Of a DNA stretch of 64,000 nt, positions 54,047 through 64,000 are shown piece after piece (position 1 is the stretch's first letter; each line of letters opens with the position of its first letter). The stretch covers positions 4,930-68,929 of the forward strand of contig JBBRBF010000013.1 in assembly GCA_038206105.1 (NCBI GenBank), in the 5' to 3' direction. Below the pieces are notes generated by a model. The model ran no database searches. It saw only the letters and a list, made by a program, of their open reading frames with translations, and was not told where the DNA came from. This DNA comes from Actinomycetales bacterium. Lineage in GTDB: Bacteria > Actinomycetota > Actinomycetes > Actinomycetales > JBBRBF01. Both the position numbers and the translations under genes were made by a program.

Positions 54047-55149
54047 GCCGACGCGCGGCGGGCGCGCACCCGGCGGCGCGGCACGGCCCGCGCGGCCCGG
54101 TCGACCAGCGCTCGCAGGTGGGGGGTGACCACCTCGGGGTGCTCCAGCATCACGAGGTGCCCGCCGTCGCGGACGACGACGTGCTCGGCGTGCGGCAGCC
54201 GGTGCACGATCTCCTCGCTGTGCCGGGCGGGCGTGAGCAGGTCCGAGTCCCCCACGAGCACCAGCGACTCGATCCCGGTGAGGGTGACCAGCGCCTCACG
54301 CTTGTCGTGCTCGTTGAAGGCGGGGAAGAAGTCGCTCACCACGTCGATCCGGGTCTCCGCGATCATCCGGGCGGTGAACTCCACGAGATCCTCGGGCACG
54401 TCGGAGGCGTAGGAGTAGCGCCGCACGAGCAGCTGCTCGAGGTCGCTGCCGAGCTCGCGTCCCCGCTGCACGAGCCGGGGGCTGCGGCTCAGCAGCCGCA
54501 GCGCCGGCCCGCCGAACCGCGGGACGAGCCCGCCGAGCGTCTCCAGCCCGAAGTCGTTGTCCGACAACCCTCCCGCGCTGGTGGCCACCAGTGCCACACC
54601 GACGACGCGGCGCCGGAACTGGTCGGGGTGGTTCGCTGCGAGCGACATCACCGTCATGCCGCCCATCGAGTGCCCGACGAGCACGAGCGGGCCGGTCGGG
54701 GCGACCTGTGTGATGACGGCGGCCAGGTCGCGACCGAGCTGGTCGATGGACGCCGACGCACGGGGTCCGCGCTCGGAGCGGCCGTGGCCGCGCTGGTCCC
54801 ACACCACGACCCGGTGCGTGCGGCGCAGGGCCAGGCGCTGGTGGTGCCACGTCGCGGACGTCAGGCAGTAGCCGTGGCTCATCACGACCGTCGGGGTGCC
54901 CTTCGTGACTTGCTCGGGCTCGTCGACCTCGACGTGCAGCACCGTGCCGTCGTCCGCGGTGACCGTGCGGGGGACACCGTGGACCGCGCCGTACGGCACC
55001 GAGTCGGCGTCGGCGCGGTGCACCGGACGCCGGCCCAGGGGCCGGCCGACGGCGACCCGCTCGGCGGCGAGGCCGAGCGCGGCACCAGCCCCGGCCGCGG
55101 CGAGCCCGACGCCGAGGGAGACCAGCCCGGTCGGACGCGCCCCGGCCAT
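54043..55149 (-). CDS. Alpha/beta hydrolase
   Basis: HGY, DQRGHGRS, GHSMGG, D and GH; conserved alr-tsaE position. Confidence 0.9.
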   Translation of the reverse strand: MAGARPTGLVSLGVGLAAAGAGAALGLAAERVAVGRPLGRRPVHRADADSVPYGAVHGVPRTVTADDGTVLHVEVDEPEQVTKGTPTVVMSHGYCLTSATWHHQRLALRRTHRVVVWDQRGHGRSERGPRASASIDQLGRDLAAVITQVAPTGPLVLVGHSMGGMTVMSLAANHPDQFRRRVVGVALVATSAGGLSDNDFGLETLGGLVPRFGGPALRLLSRSPRLVQRGRELGSDLEQLLVRRYSYASDVPEDLVEFTARMIAETRIDVVSDFFPAFNEHDKREALVTLTGIESLVLVGDSDLLTPARHSEEIVHRLPHAEHVVVRDGGHLVMLEHPEVVTPHLRALVDRAARAVPRRRVRARRASA

Positions 55150-56342
55150 CAGGCCACACCCGCCGTGCCGACGTGGCGCCGCGGCACCCGCGCTCCGAGC
55201 CGGCTGACGATCTCGTAGCCGATGGTGCCGGCCGCCTCGGCCCAGTCCTGCGCGGTCGGCCCACCGTCGGCTCCCGTGCCGAACAGCACGACCTCGTCAC
55301 CGGCCGCGGCCTCGTCGTCGCCGAGGTCCACGACGAGCTGGTCCATGCAGACCCGCCCCGCGACCCGGCGTGTCCGTCCCGCGGCGAGCACCGGGCCCGC
55401 GTTGCCGGCGTGACGCGGCACGCCGTCCGCGTAGCCCAGCGGGACCAACCCCAGGGTCGTCTCCGCGGCGGTCGTGTAGGCGTGCCCGTACGACACGCCC
55501 TGGCCCGCGCCCACCCGCTTCACCAGCGCGAGCCGCGCGGTGAGCGTCATCGCGGGCACGAGACCCAGGTCGGCGGTGGAGGCGATCTCCGGCACCGGGG
55601 ACAGCCCGTACACCGCGATCCCCGGGCGCACGAGGTCGAGGTGGGCACCGGGGTTCGTCAGCGTGGCCGCGGAGTTCGCGAGGTGGCGCAGCTCGAACCG
55701 GGCGCCGAGGCGCTCGGCGGTCGCGACGGCGTCCGCCATCACCTGCTCCTGGGCGCGCACGGTGGGGTGCTCGGGGGCGTCCGCCCACGCGAAGTGCGAC
55801 CACGCGCCGACGAGCTGCACCGTGCCCTCCGCCCGGGCGGCCAGGGCGGCGACCACGAGGTCGTGCCAGTCGTCGGGGGTGGCCCCGCCGCGCCCCAGGC
55901 CGGTGTCGACCTTGAGGTGGACGCGGGCGGGACGGTCGTGCTCGCGGGCCGCCGTCACAGCCTCATCGAGCGCCCAGGGGGCGGCCACGGAGACGTCGAC
56001 GTCGGCGGCGACGGCGTCGGCGAGGTCCCCACCCGGGGTGGCCAGCCAGCAGAGCACCGGCGCGGTGACGCCCCCGGCGCGCAGCGCCAGCGCCTCGGCG
56101 ACCTGGGCGACCCCGAGCCACGTCGCACCGCCGGCCAGCGCGGCCCGGGCGCACGGCAGCAGGCCGTGGCCGTAGGCGTCGGCCTTGACGACCGCCATCA
56201 CGGCGGCCCCCGGGGCCCGCTCGGCGAGCACCCCCACGTTGGCGGCGACGGCGTCGAGGTCGACGACGGCCTCGGCGGCGTACCCGGTGCGGGCAGGCCG
56301 GTCGGCGTCGTGGCTCGGGGGCACGGTCGTGGGCACGGACAT
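55149..56342 (-). CDS. alr: Alanine racemase
   Basis: AVVKADAYGHG, HLKVDTGLGRGG, NSAA, GVSYG, GYADG and GRVCMDQ. Confidence 0.96.
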   Translation of the reverse strand: MSVPTTVPPSHDADRPARTGYAAEAVVDLDAVAANVGVLAERAPGAAVMAVVKADAYGHGLLPCARAALAGGATWLGVAQVAEALALRAGGVTAPVLCWLATPGGDLADAVAADVDVSVAAPWALDEAVTAAREHDRPARVHLKVDTGLGRGGATPDDWHDLVVAALAARAEGTVQLVGAWSHFAWADAPEHPTVRAQEQVMADAVATAERLGARFELRHLANSAATLTNPGAHLDLVRPGIAVYGLSPVPEIASTADLGLVPAMTLTARLALVKRVGAGQGVSYGHAYTTAAETTLGLVPLGYADGVPRHAGNAGPVLAAGRTRRVAGRVCMDQLVVDLGDDEAAAGDEVVLFGTGADGGPTAQDWAEAAGTIGYEIVSRLGARVPRRHVGTAGVA

Positions 56343-56348
56343 CGCGGC

Positions 56349-58028
56349 TCAGTGTCCCAGCGCGGTGCCCCGTCCGCGCAGCAGGCTCGCCACGGCGGCG
56401 GGGACGGCGTCCAGCACCGACCCCGCGGACACCGGCCCGCCGCCGGAGGCGAGGTGCCCCGCGCGGCCGTGGACGACGACGGCGAGGCTGGCGGCGTCCA
56501 GCGGGTCGAGCCGGGCCGCCAGCAGGGTGCCGGCCAGGCCCGCGAGCACGTCCCCGGAGCCGGCGGTCGCCAGCCAGTGCGGACCGTCGCGCTGTGAGCG
56601 CACCCTCCCCTGGGGCTCTCCCGGGCGTGACGGCTCGACGACGAGGGACGTGGCCCCCTTCAGCAGCACCGTCGCGCGGGTCAGGTCGGCGGCCCGTCGG
56701 GCGTGGCGCAGCGGCGCCGCCTCGACGTCGGCCCGGTCCACGGGCTCGCCGTACGCCCCGAGCAGGCGGGCGAGCTCGCCGGCGTGGGGGGTCAGCAGCC
56801 GGACGGCGGGCACACCCGTGCGGTGGTCGGGCGCGAGCAGGCCCAGCGCGCCGGCGTCGACGACGGCCGGCTCGCCGGAGGCGAGCGCGGAGGCGACCCG
56901 GTCGGCCTGCTCGACGTCGTCGGGGTCGACACCTGGCCCCAGCACCCACGCCTGCACACGGCCCGGTCCGACCGTCTCCGGCCACCGCGACCGGACCATC
57001 GCCGCGGCGGCCTCCGGGCCGAGGTAGCGGACCATCCCCGCGCCGGAGCGGACCGCGGCGCCGCACGCGAGCACCGCCGCACCGGTGTAGGTGGCACCGC
57101 CGGCCACGACGCCGACGACACCGCGGGAGTACTTGTCGTCGCGCGGCCCGGGCACCGGCCACAGCGCGGCGGCCTCGCGGTCCCCGAGCCGGGTGGCGGC
57201 GGGGGCGGCGTCCGCCAGGTCGGCGTCGAGCCCGATGTCCACGACCTGGACCCGTCCCGCCGCGGCGTCGCCGGGTGGCAGCAGCAGGGCGGGCTTGCCC
57301 GTGCCGAACGTGACGGTCACGTCGGCGCGTGCGTGCGGCCCGGGTGTCTCCCCGGTGGCCGGGTCGACGCCGCTGGGCAGGTCGACGGCGACGACGGTCG
57401 TGCCGGGAGGCACCGCCGCGACGACAGCGGCCGCCGCCCCGCGCAGCCCGCCGCGACCCCCGATGCCGAGCAGCCCGTCGACGACGACGTCGGCAGCCGC
57501 GATCAGGCCCCGCGCGGCCGCGGCGTCGGCGTCGTCGTCGCCCGAGGCGGTGGCACCGGTGGTGGCGTCGTGGACCCGGCCCCCCGCGGCGAGCAGCGCA
57601 GCCGTCCCGCCGGCGTGGGCGCCGCCGGTGGTGAGGACGGCGTCCACCCGGGCGCCCCGCCGGGCCAGGCGAGCGCCCGCGTACAGCGCGTCGCCGCCGT
57701 TGTTGCCGCCGCCGACCAGCAGGACGACGCGGGCACCGCCCACCCTGCCGCCCCGGTCGCCGTCGACGGCCGGTCCGCTCCTGCCCCCGCTGCGCGGACG
57801 GCCCCGGCCACGCCTCAGCTCGGCTGCGACGGCGGCTGCCAGTCCCGCCGCGGCGCGCTGCATCAGCGCGCCGTCCGGCAGCCGTGCCATCACCGCTGCC
57901 TCTGCCGCCCGCACGTCGTCCGGGGTGTGCGCCACGAGCCCCGTCGCCCCGCCACCGGGCCCGCGCGGACCCCTGGGGGCCGGGCTGCCCCGCCGGTGCC
58001 GGAGCCCGGCCACGCGGGCGCCGGTCAC
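56349..58028 (-). CDS. nnr: Bifunctional NAD(P)HX epimerase/dehydratase
   Basis: [32 protein letters not shown] and [12 protein letters not shown]. Start uncertain. Confidence 0.9.
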   Translation of the reverse strand: MTGARVAGLRHRRGSPAPRGPRGPGGGATGLVAHTPDDVRAAEAAVMARLPDGALMQRAAAGLAAAVAAELRRGRGRPRSGGRSGPAVDGDRGGRVGGARVVLLVGGGNNGGDALYAGARLARRGARVDAVLTTGGAHAGGTAALLAAGGRVHDATTGATASGDDDADAAAARGLIAAADVVVDGLLGIGGRGGLRGAAAAVVAAVPPGTTVVAVDLPSGVDPATGETPGPHARADVTVTFGTGKPALLLPPGDAAAGRVQVVDIGLDADLADAAPAATRLGDREAAALWPVPGPRDDKYSRGVVGVVAGGATYTGAAVLACGAAVRSGAGMVRYLGPEAAAAMVRSRWPETVGPGRVQAWVLGPGVDPDDVEQADRVASALASGEPAVVDAGALGLLAPDHRTGVPAVRLLTPHAGELARLLGAYGEPVDRADVEAAPLRHARRAADLTRATVLLKGATSLVVEPSRPGEPQGRVRSQRDGPHWLATAGSGDVLAGLAGTLLAARLDPLDAASLAVVVHGRAGHLASGGGPVSAGSVLDAVPAAVASLLRGRGTALGH

Positions 58029-58402
58029 GACCCGCTCCCCACGGGCGCGACCTCGCCCTCGGCCACCACGACCGCGGAGGCGATGCCGGCGTCGTGCGAC
58101 AGGGACAGGTGGAACGTCGCCACCCCCAGCTCCGCCGCCCGGGCCGCGACGCTGCCGGCGACGTCCAGGCGCGGACGCCCGTTCTCACCCCGGTGCACGG
58201 TGCAGTCCGTCCAGCGCAGCCCGACCGGGGCGCCGAGTGCCTTCGCGACGGCCTCCTTGGCGGCGAAGCGTGCCGCCAGGGAGGCGGGCGGCAGGTGCCG
58301 CTCGGCGTCGGTGAACAGCCGGCGGGCGAGCCGCGGGACGCGCTCGAGCTGGCGCGAGAACCGGTCGACGTCCACGACGTCGATGCCGACGCCGACGATC
58401 AC
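58025..58402 (-). CDS. acpS: Holo-ACP synthase
   Basis: [22 protein letters not shown] and HLSLSHD. Confidence 0.94.
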   Translation of the reverse strand: MIVGVGIDVVDVDRFSRQLERVPRLARRLFTDAERHLPPASLAARFAAKEAVAKALGAPVGLRWTDCTVHRGENGRPRLDVAGSVAARAAELGVATFHLSLSHDAGIASAVVVAEGEVAPVGSGS

Positions 58403-58503
58403 GGGTGCGGTCCCTGGCTCGCCATCCCCCCATCCTGCCCGCCGCCGGCGGGAACGCGCCGCCGGTGCGGCGCGTGGCGCGCCGGCCGGGGTACAACGGG
58501 CAG

Positions 58504-59904
58504 GTGCGCGCCCAACCCACCGTCCTCCACCTGGACATGGACGCCTTCTTCGCGGCCGTCGAGCAGCGCGACAAGCCCTCGCTGCGGGGCAAGCCGGTCG
58601 TGGTCGGGGGCACGGGGTGGCGGGGCGTCGTCGCAACGGCCTCCTACGAGGCCCGGGCGTTCGGGGTCGGCTCGGCGATGCCCACCGCCCAGGCCCGCCG
58701 TCGCTGCCCGCACGCGGCGTACCTGTCCGGACGGTTCGCCGCCTACCAGGCGGCCTCGGCCCGGGTGCTCGAGCTCGCGGCGACGCTCTCGCCGGTGGTC
58801 GAACCGGTCTCCCTCGACGAGGCCTACGTCGACCTCGAGCCGGGCGGCGGGGCCCTGGACGTCGCCGCGGTACGTCAGCGGGCCGCGGCGTTCCGCGGCC
58901 AGGTGCTGGCCGCCACGGGTCTGACGGTGTCGGTCGGCGTGGGCACGAGCAAGCTGGTCGCCAAGATCGCCTCCGACCTGCACAAGCCCGACGCGCTGGT
59001 CGTCGTGGCACCCGGGCAGGAGGCGGAGGTGATGGCCCCGCTGCCCGCGCGCGCCCTGCCCGGAGTCGGCCCGGTCACCGCCGAGCGGCTCGCCCGTCAC
59101 GGCCTGCGCACCGTCGGGGACGTCGCCGCCGCCGGTGCGGACGAGCTGGTCGCCGTCGCGGGGCGCTCGCACGGCACAGCGCTGCGCGCGTACGCGCGGG
59201 GCGAGGACACCCGCCCGGTCGTCGCCGAGCGGGACGCCAAGTCGGTCTCGGCGGAGGAGACGTTCGCCACGGACCTCGTGGACCGGCGCGAGATCGCGCA
59301 CCACGCCACGCGGCTCGCCGACCGGGTCGCCGAGCGCCTGGCCCGGCACGGCACCTGGGCCCGCACCGTCACGGTGAAGGTCCGGCGGTACGACTTCACC
59401 ACGCTGACGCGGGCACGCGCCCTGGACCACCCCGGCGACGACGGCGCCGCGATCGCCGCTGCGGCCCGGCGGCTGCTGGACGACGTCGACGTGTCGGGGG
59501 GCGTCCGGCTCCTCGGCGTGGGCGTCACGGGCTTCACCGGGTTCAGCCAGCAGGACCTGCTCGCCGACCTGCTCGCGCCGCCGCCGGACGCGCTGCCCGC
59601 ACCGCACGGACCCCCCACGCTCGGCGACGACCCCGACGCCGCGGTGGAGGCCGGCGCCGACCCGGAGCCCGACGGACCGGAGCCCGACGGACCGGAGCCC
59701 GACGGACCGCCGCGCCGGTGGCGCCCGGGCCAGGACGTCCACCACGGCGAGCACGGCCCAGGCTGGGTGCAGGGGTCGGGGCTCGGCCGGGTCACGGTGC
59801 GCTTCGAGGGCCCCGGGACGCCGCCGGGCCGCGTCCGCACCCTCGCCGAGGACGATCCCCGGCTGGCTCCCGCCGACCCCCCACCCTTCCCCCCACCCCC
59901 GTGA
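58504..59904 (+). CDS. dinB: DNA polymerase IV (DinB1-type, with a C-terminal extension)
   Basis: [33 protein letters not shown] and LPGVG; clamp-like motif QQDLL. Confidence 0.94.
   Translation: MRAQPTVLHLDMDAFFAAVEQRDKPSLRGKPVVVGGTGWRGVVATASYEARAFGVGSAMPTAQARRRCPHAAYLSGRFAAYQAASARVLELAATLSPVVEPVSLDEAYVDLEPGGGALDVAAVRQRAAAFRGQVLAATGLTVSVGVGTSKLVAKIASDLHKPDALVVVAPGQEAEVMAPLPARALPGVGPVTAERLARHGLRTVGDVAAAGADELVAVAGRSHGTALRAYARGEDTRPVVAERDAKSVSAEETFATDLVDRREIAHHATRLADRVAERLARHGTWARTVTVKVRRYDFTTLTRARALDHPGDDGAAIAAAARRLLDDVDVSGGVRLLGVGVTGFTGFSQQDLLADLLAPPPDALPAPHGPPTLGDDPDAAVEAGADPEPDGPEPDGPEPDGPPRRWRPGQDVHHGEHGPGWVQGSGLGRVTVRFEGPGTPPGRVRTLAEDDPRLAPADPPPFPPPP
59662..59709. repeat. 15-bp tandem repeat (PEPDG x3) in the DinB linker
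   Basis: ccggagcccgacgga x3. Confidence 0.8.
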
Positions 59905-60033
59905 TCAAGGACGTCGCGCGTCGCCGGCCGCCGTGATCAAGGAACGCGTGGCGCTGCCGGGGCGTGCGAGGCGAACCAGATGCAGGAGTTCCTTGATCAC
60001 CGGGGGTGTGGGTGCGGGAGTTCCTTGATCACC
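59901..60033. repeat. Second subfamily GTGATCAAGGAAC: two forward and two inverted copies, each pair 32 bp apart
   Basis: Forward copies at 59901 and 59933; inverted TGC(A/G)GGAGTTCCTTGATCACC at 59981-60001 and 60013-60033. Confidence 0.88.
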
Positions 60034-60041
60034 GCGGGGGG

Positions 60042-61901
60042 TTACTCGACGGTGACGGACTTGGCGAGGTTGCGGGGCTGGTCGACGTCCAGGCCCTTGG
60101 CGGTCGCGAGCTCGGCCGCGAACACCTGCAGCGGCACCGTCGTCACGAGCGGGGCCAGCAGGGTCGGGGTCTGCGGCACGCGGATCACCTCGTCGGCGTA
60201 GGGCAGCACGTCGTCGTCGCCCTCCTCGGCGATGACGAGGGTGCGCGCCCCGCGGGCGCGGATCTCCTGGATGTTCGACACGACCTTCGAGTGCAGCGAG
60301 TCGCGGCCCCGTGGCGACGGGACGATGACGAAGACCGGCTGCCCGGGCTCGATCAGCGCGATCGGTCCGTGCTTGAGCTCACCGGCGGCGAAGCCCTCGG
60401 CGTGGATGTAGGCGAGCTCCTTGAGCTTCAGCGCCCCCTCCATCGCGACCGGGTACCCGACGTGGCGACCGAGGAACAGCACCGAGGACGTGTCCACCAT
60501 CCAGCGCGCGATCTGGCGCACGTGGTCGAGCCCGTCCAGCACCTTCTGGATCGCCTCGGGCATCTGCTGCAGCTGGCCCAGGATCTCGGTGACCTCGTCG
60601 GCGTACTTGTTGCCCCGCAGCTGCGCCAGGTACAGCCCGAGCAGGTAGCAGGCGGTCACCTGGGCGAGGAACGCCTTCGTCGACGCGACGGCGACCTCGG
60701 GCCCGGCGTGCGTGTAGATCACCGCGTCGGACTCGCGCGGGATCGTCGAGCCGTGGGTGTTGCAGATCGCCACGACGCAGGCACCCTGCTCGCGCGCGTG
60801 GCGCACCGCCATGATGGTGTCCATCGTCTCGCCGGACTGCGAGATGGCCACCACGAGGGTGCGCGCGTTCACGACCGGGTCCCGGTAGCGGAACTCGTGC
60901 GCGAGTTCCACCTCGCACGGGATCCGGCACCAGTGCTCGATGGCGTACTTGGCGACCTGCCCCGCGTAAGCCGCTGTGCCACAGGCGATCACGACGATCT
61001 TGTCGACGGCGCGCAGCGCCGCCTCGGAGACGTTGAGCTCGTCGAGCACGAGCCGACGCTCGGCGTCCATCCGGCCCAGCAGCGTGTCCGCGACCGCCCG
61101 CGGCTGCTCGTTGATCTCCTTGGCCATGAACGACGGGTACCCGCCCTTCTCGGCCGCGGCGGCGTCCCAGTCGACGTGGTACCGGCGGCCCTGGGCCGGC
61201 GCCCCGTCGAAGTCGGTGATCTCCACCGCGTCCGCGGTGATGGTGACGACCTGGTCCTGGCCGAGCTCGATCGCCTCGCGGGAGTGGGCGATGAACGCAG
61301 AGACGTCGCTGCCGAGGTAGTTCTCGCCCTCTCCGAGCCCGACCACGAGCGGCGAGTTGCGGCGTGCCCCCACGACCGTGCCCGGCTCGTCCGCGTGCAC
61401 CGCGAGCAGGGTGAAGGCCCCGTCGAGCCTGCGGCACACGGCCTGCATCGCGGTGGTGAGGTCCCGGGTCTCGGCGTAGGTGGCGGCCAGCAGGTGCGCC
61501 GCGACCTCGGTGTCCGTCTCGCTGGTGAACTCGGCGCCGTCCGCGAGCAGCGACGCCTTGAGCCCCGCGAAGTTCTCGATGATGCCGTTGTGGATCAGGG
61601 CGAGCCGGCCGTCCGCGCCGCCGCGGTGCGGGTGGGCGTTCTCGTCGGTGGGGCCGCCGTGGGTCGCCCAGCGCGTGTGGCCGATCCCCGTGCCGCTGCC
61701 GGGCAGCGGTTCCGCCTCCAGCGCGGCGACGAGGTTCGCGAGCTTGCCGGCGCGCTTGGTCGAGGCGACCCTCGTGCCGTCGACCACCGCCACGCCGGCG
61801 GAGTCGTACCCGCGGTACTCCAGCCGGCGCAGGCCGCCCAGCACGACGTCCACGGCGCGCGCGCCGTCCTGCGGCCCGGCGTAGCCAACGATCCCGCACA
61901 T
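60042..61901 (-). CDS. glmS: Glutamine-fructose-6-phosphate aminotransferase
   Basis: [32 protein letters not shown] and [17 protein letters not shown] -10 lies 7 nt before the ATG. Confidence 0.97.
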   Translation of the reverse strand: MCGIVGYAGPQDGARAVDVVLGGLRRLEYRGYDSAGVAVVDGTRVASTKRAGKLANLVAALEAEPLPGSGTGIGHTRWATHGGPTDENAHPHRGGADGRLALIHNGIIENFAGLKASLLADGAEFTSETDTEVAAHLLAATYAETRDLTTAMQAVCRRLDGAFTLLAVHADEPGTVVGARRNSPLVVGLGEGENYLGSDVSAFIAHSREAIELGQDQVVTITADAVEITDFDGAPAQGRRYHVDWDAAAAEKGGYPSFMAKEINEQPRAVADTLLGRMDAERRLVLDELNVSEAALRAVDKIVVIACGTAAYAGQVAKYAIEHWCRIPCEVELAHEFRYRDPVVNARTLVVAISQSGETMDTIMAVRHAREQGACVVAICNTHGSTIPRESDAVIYTHAGPEVAVASTKAFLAQVTACYLLGLYLAQLRGNKYADEVTEILGQLQQMPEAIQKVLDGLDHVRQIARWMVDTSSVLFLGRHVGYPVAMEGALKLKELAYIHAEGFAAGELKHGPIALIEPGQPVFVIVPSPRGRDSLHSKVVSNIQEIRARGARTLVIAEEGDDDVLPYADEVIRVPQTPTLLAPLVTTVPLQVFAAELATAKGLDVDQPRNLAKSVTVE

Positions 61902-61974
61902 GCGGCGCAGCCTAGTAGGCGCCCGGCGCGGCTCCCCGCACGCGTCACGGCCGGCGGCTGGCAGGATGCCCGGG

Positions 61975-62952
61975 GTGCCCCTCCCGCAGGCCGCGCCGAC
62001 GACCGGACCCATCGGCACCACCGCCTCGCCGTTCGTGGACCTCGACCGGGCGGAGTGGAGCCGGCTCGCCGCGGCGACGCCGATGTCCCTCACCGAGTCC
62101 GACGTCGACCGCCTCCGCGGCCTCGGGGAGCGGATCGACCTGTCGGAGGTCACCGAGGTCTATTTGCCCCTGTCGCGGTTGCTGAACCTCTACGTCGGTG
62201 GCGTCGAGCGGCTGCACGAGGCGACCACGACGTTCCTCGGTGAGAAGGCGCACCGCACGACCTTCGTGATCGGCGTCGCGGGGTCGGTGGCGGTCGGAAA
62301 GTCGACGACGTCCCGCGTGCTGCGAGAGCTGCTCTCGCGCTGGCCCGAGACCCCGCGCGTCGAGCTCGTGACGACGGACGGCTTCCTGTACCCGAACGCC
62401 GAGCTGGAACGCCGAGGCCTGCTGCAGCGCAAGGGCTTTCCCGAGTCCTACGACCGCCGCGCACTGCTGCGCTTCGTCTCCGCGGTGAAGTCCGGTGTCG
62501 ACGAGGTCCGCGCTCCGCTGTACTCGCACCTCACGTACGACATCGTGCCGAGCGCGGAGATCGTCGTCCGCCGCCCGGACGTGCTCATCGTCGAGGGCCT
62601 CAACGTGCTGCAGCCCGCACGGGTCCACGCCGACGGGCGGCAGGGCCTGGCGGTCAGTGACTTCTTCGACTTCTCGCTGTACGTGGACGCTCGCACCGAG
62701 GACGTCAGCCGGTGGTACGTCGACCGGTTCCTCGAGCTGCGCCGCACGGCGTTCTCGCGTCCGGAGTCGTACTTCCGGCGCTACGCCACGCTGTCGGACG
62801 ACGAGGCCGTGGCGCGCGCTCGGCAGATCTGGCGGGACATCAACGAGCGCAACCTCGTGGCCAACGTGCTCCCCACCCGGAGCCGGGCGACGTGCGTGCT
62901 CTTGAAGGCTCGCGACCACTCCGTGTCGCGCGTGCGGCTCCGCAAGCTGTGA
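61975..62952 (+). CDS. coaA: Type I pantothenate kinase
   Basis: [37 protein letters not shown] and SDFFDFS. Confidence 0.96.
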   Translation: MPLPQAAPTTGPIGTTASPFVDLDRAEWSRLAAATPMSLTESDVDRLRGLGERIDLSEVTEVYLPLSRLLNLYVGGVERLHEATTTFLGEKAHRTTFVIGVAGSVAVGKSTTSRVLRELLSRWPETPRVELVTTDGFLYPNAELERRGLLQRKGFPESYDRRALLRFVSAVKSGVDEVRAPLYSHLTYDIVPSAEIVVRRPDVLIVEGLNVLQPARVHADGRQGLAVSDFFDFSLYVDARTEDVSRWYVDRFLELRRTAFSRPESYFRRYATLSDDEAVARARQIWRDINERNLVANVLPTRSRATCVLLKARDHSVSRVRLRKL

Positions 62953-62970
62953 GGCGCGACCGGCACGCGC

Positions 62971-63780
62971 TCAGCCAGACAGGCCGAGCCGCCGGCTGAT
63001 CCGTGCGGCCGCGGCGACGACCTCCGCGGCGACCTCCTCGAAGCGCTCGGGCGACAGCCGGAACGAGGGCCCGCCGACGCAGACGGCCGCGACGACGGTG
63101 CCGTCGGACGCGCAGACGGGGGCCGCGACGGCGTTCAGCCCGACCTCGTACTCCTCCACTGCGCCCGCCCAGCCGCGCTCGCGGGCCGTGTCGAGGTCCC
63201 GGGCGAGCGCCTTGCGGTCGGTGAGGGTGGCGTCCGTCAGCGGCTGCAGCCGGCGGGCGAGCGACTCACGGCGGACGTGGTCCGGCGAGAACGCGAGGAT
63301 CGCCTTGCCGACCGCCGTCGCGTGCACCGGTGAGCGCTGCCCGACCGCGTTCTCGCTCGTGATGGCCGCCGTGCCGCGCACCTCCCCGACGGAGACGACG
63401 ACGTCGCCGTCCAGCACGCCCAGGCTCACGGTCTCGCCGACGTCCTCGGCGAGCTCGGCACAGATCCCGCTGCTGCGCCGCGCGAGGTCGAGCCGGGCCG
63501 TGGTGGCCCCGGCGAGGCGCACGATCGCGTAGCCGAGCCGGTACTTGCCGCGGTCTCCGACCTGCTCGACCATGCCACGGGCCTCCAGCGCCGCCAGCAG
63601 CCGGAACGCGGTCGACTTGTGGACGTCGAGGGTCAGGGCGATCTCGGTGACGCCGGCGTCCCCTCGCTCGGCGAGCACGTCGAGGATCGTCAGCGCCCGG
63701 TCCACCGACTGCACGGTCGGGACGCCGGACGGTCGGCGTCCGGCCCCGGCGGGGTCGGCCTCGTCGGCTGCTGAGGACAT
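62971..63780 (-). CDS. IclR-family transcriptional regulator
   Basis: VQSVDRALTIL, HKSTAFRLL, HATAVGKAILA and AVAAPV. Confidence 0.93.
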   Translation of the reverse strand: MSSAADEADPAGAGRRPSGVPTVQSVDRALTILDVLAERGDAGVTEIALTLDVHKSTAFRLLAALEARGMVEQVGDRGKYRLGYAIVRLAGATTARLDLARRSSGICAELAEDVGETVSLGVLDGDVVVSVGEVRGTAAITSENAVGQRSPVHATAVGKAILAFSPDHVRRESLARRLQPLTDATLTDRKALARDLDTARERGWAGAVEEYEVGLNAVAAPVCASDGTVVAAVCVGGPSFRLSPERFEEVAAEVVAAAARISRRLGLSG

Positions 63781-63875
63781 GTCGTCAGACCATACGGGCC
63801 GCGCCCCCGGTCCGGCAGGGCGCCGCTGGGCGCCCGGCACGGTGGCCGCACGCCCCACCGCCATAGCCTGGGCGG

Positions 63876-64000
63876 GTGAGCGGAGCGTCGGAGCAGGGCG
63901 CGGGCGGCGGCAGCGCTCGGGACCGGGACCCCGAGGGCCGGGCCCGCCAGGCGCGTCCCCGGGACGCGCTGGGCCGCCCGCTGCCCTACGGCGCGGCCGG
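63876..64000 (+). CDS. Start of a probable DUF309-type protein (partial)
   Basis: TAGCCT -10 lies 6 nt before the GTG; translation RDRDPEGRARQARPRDALGRPLPYG. Confidence 0.55.
   Translation, partial: MSGASEQGAGGGSARDRDPEGRARQARPRDALGRPLPYGAA

Noticed and set aside
61902-61974. glmS ribozyme
   Set aside because: The gap is only ~70 bp, the -10 box lies 7 nt from the ATG (leaderless), and no ribozyme core is visible.

Overview
Very high-GC actinobacterial chromosomal segment with Streptomyces/Kineosporiales-like synteny. It is mostly core housekeeping: DeoR regulator/ptsI, folD-glyA under a ZMP/ZTP riboswitch, purU, icd, mdh, purNH, sucCD, icmB-like, pcrA, guaA/guaB/guaB3, bldM/whiD orthologues, groES-groEL1 with two CIRCE boxes, tsaEBD/rimI, alr, nnr, acpS, dinB, glmS and coaA. 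I saw no tRNA, rRNA, transposase, integrase or true CRISPR array. Main items beyond routine annotation: (1) a dispersed intergenic repeat family, GGTGATCATGCAC../GGTGATCAAGGAAC.., with 20 copies at 8 loci, occurring as imperfect hairpins or as tandem arrays of 31-33 bp period, and almost always with a C/G tract on the outer side; (2) a CarH/LitR-type AdoB12 photoreceptor-like MerR regulator between whiD/whiB3 and bldM, with a direct-repeat operator candidate over the whiD -35 box and a sigma28 (FliA/WhiG)-like promoter before bldM; (3) a PcrA-type Tudor-like C-terminal domain on DinB; (4) an unannotated NYN/PIN-like nuclease; (5) two decaying accessory modules (a two-component system and an ABC exporter pair) whose lesions can be partly reconstructed; (6) widespread leaderless promoter architecture. 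All calls come from reading the sequence by eye, with no database searches. Start codons were refined manually and some are uncertain.
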